NCBI RefSeq assembly: GCF_963921235.1
Contig: NC_086097.1
Span: 82,958,001 to 83,022,000, forward strand
Direction of reading: 5' to 3'
DNA length: 64,000 nt
Source of the DNA: Mobula hypostoma
Taxonomy: Eukaryota
The number at the start of each line of letters is the position of its first letter. The first letter of the stretch is position 1. The position numbers were made by a program, and so were the translations under genes. Under the pieces are notes generated by a model. That model had not been told where the DNA came from and searched no databases. It saw nothing but the letters and a program-made list of their open reading frames with translations. Below, one piece after another: positions 61,320-64,000 of the stretch.

Positions 61320-62268
61320 AAAGAAAATCTGCAGATGCTGAAAATATCCACAAAACGCTGGAGGAATTCAGCAGGCCAGGCAGTGTCTATGGAAAAGAGT
61401 AAACATCGATCAGACTCTTCATCAGGACCGGAAAAAAGAGATGAGAAGTCAGAGTAAGAAAGTGGAGGGAGGAGAGGAAGAAGTACAATGTATTGTGTGA
61501 TAGGTGAAACCGGGAGAAGGGGAGGGCGTGAAGTTAAGAGCTGGGAGGCCTATTGGTGAAAGAAATAAAGGGATGGAGAAGGGAGAATCTGATAGGAGAA
61601 GACAAAAAGCCATGGAAGAAAGGGAAGGGAGAGAAGCACCAGAGGGAGGTGATGGACAGGTAAGGAGATAAGGTGAGAGACAGAAACGGGAATGGGAAGT
61701 AGAGAATGAAAAGGTGGGGGGGGACAATTACCGTAAGTTCAAGAAGTCGATATTCATGCTATCAGTTTGGAGGTTATCCAGACCGAATATAAGGTGTTTC
61801 TCCTCCAACCTGAGTGTGGTCTCATCACGGTAGTAGGGGAGGCTATGGACTGACATGTCAGAATGGGAATGGGAAGTAGGATTGAAATGGGTGCCCACTG
61901 GGAAATCCCACTTTTACCAGCAGATGGAGCGGAAGTGCTCGGCGAAGTGGTCTCCCAATCTACGGCGGGTCTCACCGATATACAGGAGGCTGCATCGGGA
62001 GCACCAGATACAGTAGATGACCCCAACAGACTCACAAGAGAAGTGTCACCTCACCTGGAAGGACTGTTTAGGGCCCTGCATGGTAGTGAGGGAGGAGGTG
62101 TAGCACTTGTTCCGTTTGCAAGGATAAGTGGCAGGAGGGAGATCAGTGGCTAAGGGATGAATGGACAAGGGAGGTGCATAGGGAGCAATCGCTGCAAAAG
62201 CGGAAAGTGGGAGTGGGAAAAATGTGCTTAGTGGTGGGATCCTCTTGGAGATGGCCTTCATCCACTGG
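61320..62268 (-). mobile_element. PLE 3' part with GIY-YIG remnant and pLTR
   Basis: DPTTKHIFP, TYPCKRNKCYT..QGPKQSFQVR and GVIYCIWCSRCSLLYIGETRRRLGDHFAEH (~61935-62025); pLTR at 61320-61430. Confidence 0.88.
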
Positions 62269-62434
62269 AAATGGTTCTTCAACCAAATTCCTTAGTGGAT
62301 GTGATGAGGAATTAAAAAATTTTTGCCAAATGTTAGCCCCAAGGTTCCCCTCACCTGACGTACAAACTCCTGGTATTTCCACTCAAGATTCCAATTTTTT
62401 CTCAAGTTAGTAGTTGCTACCTTCTCAGTTGGTA

Positions 62435-62700
62435 GCGTTCTGAGGGAAGCTGAACTGTTACAGGAGCTGACTTTAAAACACAGCCATATCTGGTCTCTCA
62501 GGTGAGCATAAAATCCAATGGAGCTATTTTAAAAGAGAATAGGCATATTTGTTTCCGGCAACCCACTAATTATTCTTCAGCTAATGCTATTAAACCAGTC
62601 ATCAGTATTTTTATGTTACTGTGGAGTTTAAATATTAGTTCTCACAAATACGTTATAGGATACAAAGTACATTGGGATGTATTGACTCCATAAAGATGTT
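62435..62700 (+). mobile_element. Deu-SINE-like relic
   Basis: CTGAGGGAAGCTGAACTGT..TCTCTCAGGTGAGCATAAAATCCAATGGAGCTATTTTAAAAGAG resembles the Deu core. Confidence 0.55.
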
Positions 62701-62758
62701 GAACATCATTAATTCCCAGGTCAGGACTTTACCATTGTTTCTCCGTATCTAACTATCT

Positions 62759-62828
62759 GATAGTCATAGTCATAGTCATAGTCATACTTTATTGATTCCA
62801 AGGGAAATTGGTTTTCGTTACAGTTGCA
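62759..62828 (-). mobile_element. Rex1-like LINE extreme 3' tip, (GACTAT)n family
   Basis: (ATAGTC)4 ATACTTTATTGATT..GGAAATTGGTTTTCGTTACAGTTGCA is the reverse complement of ~54190-54257. Confidence 0.85.
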
Positions 62829-64000
62829 AGAAAAGTAAGAAAACTATACGGAGTAACTGTAACAGGCTGCATGCATGACCGGCGCATGCGCACATAAAAC
62901 GACCAGTCCAGCAATTAGTTGTAATGAATATCAGACACTGTTATCTCCCACGTTCTCTCCTTTCAGCAAAAAAGTACTTGAAACACCAACAGACCGATTT
63001 ACTCATTGCACAAGGAAATTGCAAAAGATGTTCCTGAGAACTTTATTTCACTTTTGACTCTGTTACAAATGCTATAGATATTACAGGATTTCAAGCAATT
63101 CATGCATTTAACAAGTACAGCCAGAGAGAAAGAAGTAAGGATTTGATGATGGAACTGGATGAAGAAGGAAGGGAAGAAGCTGATTTGAAATATCAACAGT
63201 TCTATAATGTGCTGGGATAAATGGTTTTATATATTACATCTGCTGCTCCCCTTTGTGCACCCTACTTTTTTTGCATCCTCAAAGAATTCTTGCAAATTTG
63301 ACAAAAGGTGGCTTGCTTTTCACTAAACTCTGCTTGATTGCCCTATGGCTTTCCAAACACCCGGCCATTACTTCCATAATAATGGATTCCAGCAATTCAC
63401 AGTCATATATTTTAGGTTGATTGCCCAAAATATACCATAGGCTCAAATATGTTTTCTGCTTTCTGCCTCTCCTTTCCTGAACTGACCTGTCGTTTATCTG
63501 ATTACTGTTTATGGGATATGGTCAGCCAAAAGAATGACTGCTATATTTAAGTTATGCTTAAGAGAAAAAATGCTTTAAAAGCATGCTGCTGGGTAAATTA
63601 TTTTCGGTAGGGTATTAGGACGTTGGGTATTATGTAAACAAAATACTTATGAATGATCTGTGATGATTGAGTCCATTTTTTCATCCTTTTGAGGAAACAA
63701 TTTGCTCATTTAGGTAAAACAAAATCTCCAACTACTGAGTGAAAAGGATTATACCACAGCAACAGTAAGTGAGTAGTTGTAGATGATCTGCACTTTGATG
63801 GAGAACTGAATCTAACAGACATATTATTTCCCATACAACATGAATGTACAAGTAATTAGCTGATATATAACTAAAATCTCTAGGTATGAGAAGCCATCAT
63901 GAAAATACAGGCAAAATGTTCTACTTTTTATCAGAATGTGGAATTTGCATAGTTGTTTTCTCAGCAGAATATTGCAAAACTGGTTTGGCAGTAACAGCAC

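Overview
This is eukaryotic, AT-rich, CpG-depleted non-coding DNA dominated by transposable elements. I recognise no host protein-coding gene, rRNA, tRNA gene or CRISPR array. The repeat mix suggests a cartilaginous fish, probably a ray (inference from recalled repeat families). It comprises CR1 LINEs of several subfamilies, Rex1/Babar-like LINEs with microsatellite tails, Penelope-like elements (PLEs), V-SINEs, Deu-SINE-like relics, and hAT, Tc1, mariner and Academ DNA transposon remnants. Most long ORFs in the track are retroelement or transposase fragments or their antisense shadows. The best non-obvious signals are catalytic RNAs. (1) A ~550-bp CpG-rich non-coding RTE-type retroposon (53575-54127, minus strand) starts at the G1 of a complete HDV-like double-pseudoknot ribozyme with an unusual hairpin-expanded L3. 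It is nested three levels deep inside a near-full-length CR1. (2) Minimal type I hammerhead ribozymes occur in PLE terminal repeats, one with an intact core at 48781-48816. Other points: an internally deleted AcademX (transposase plus XPG nuclease) remnant, tRNA-SINEs sharing a head but with different tails, a foldback mariner MITE built from nested TIR units, and many nested insertions with readable TSDs. Boundaries were read by eye and are approximate unless a TSD or TIR is quoted. Family names come from motif recognition, not database searches.
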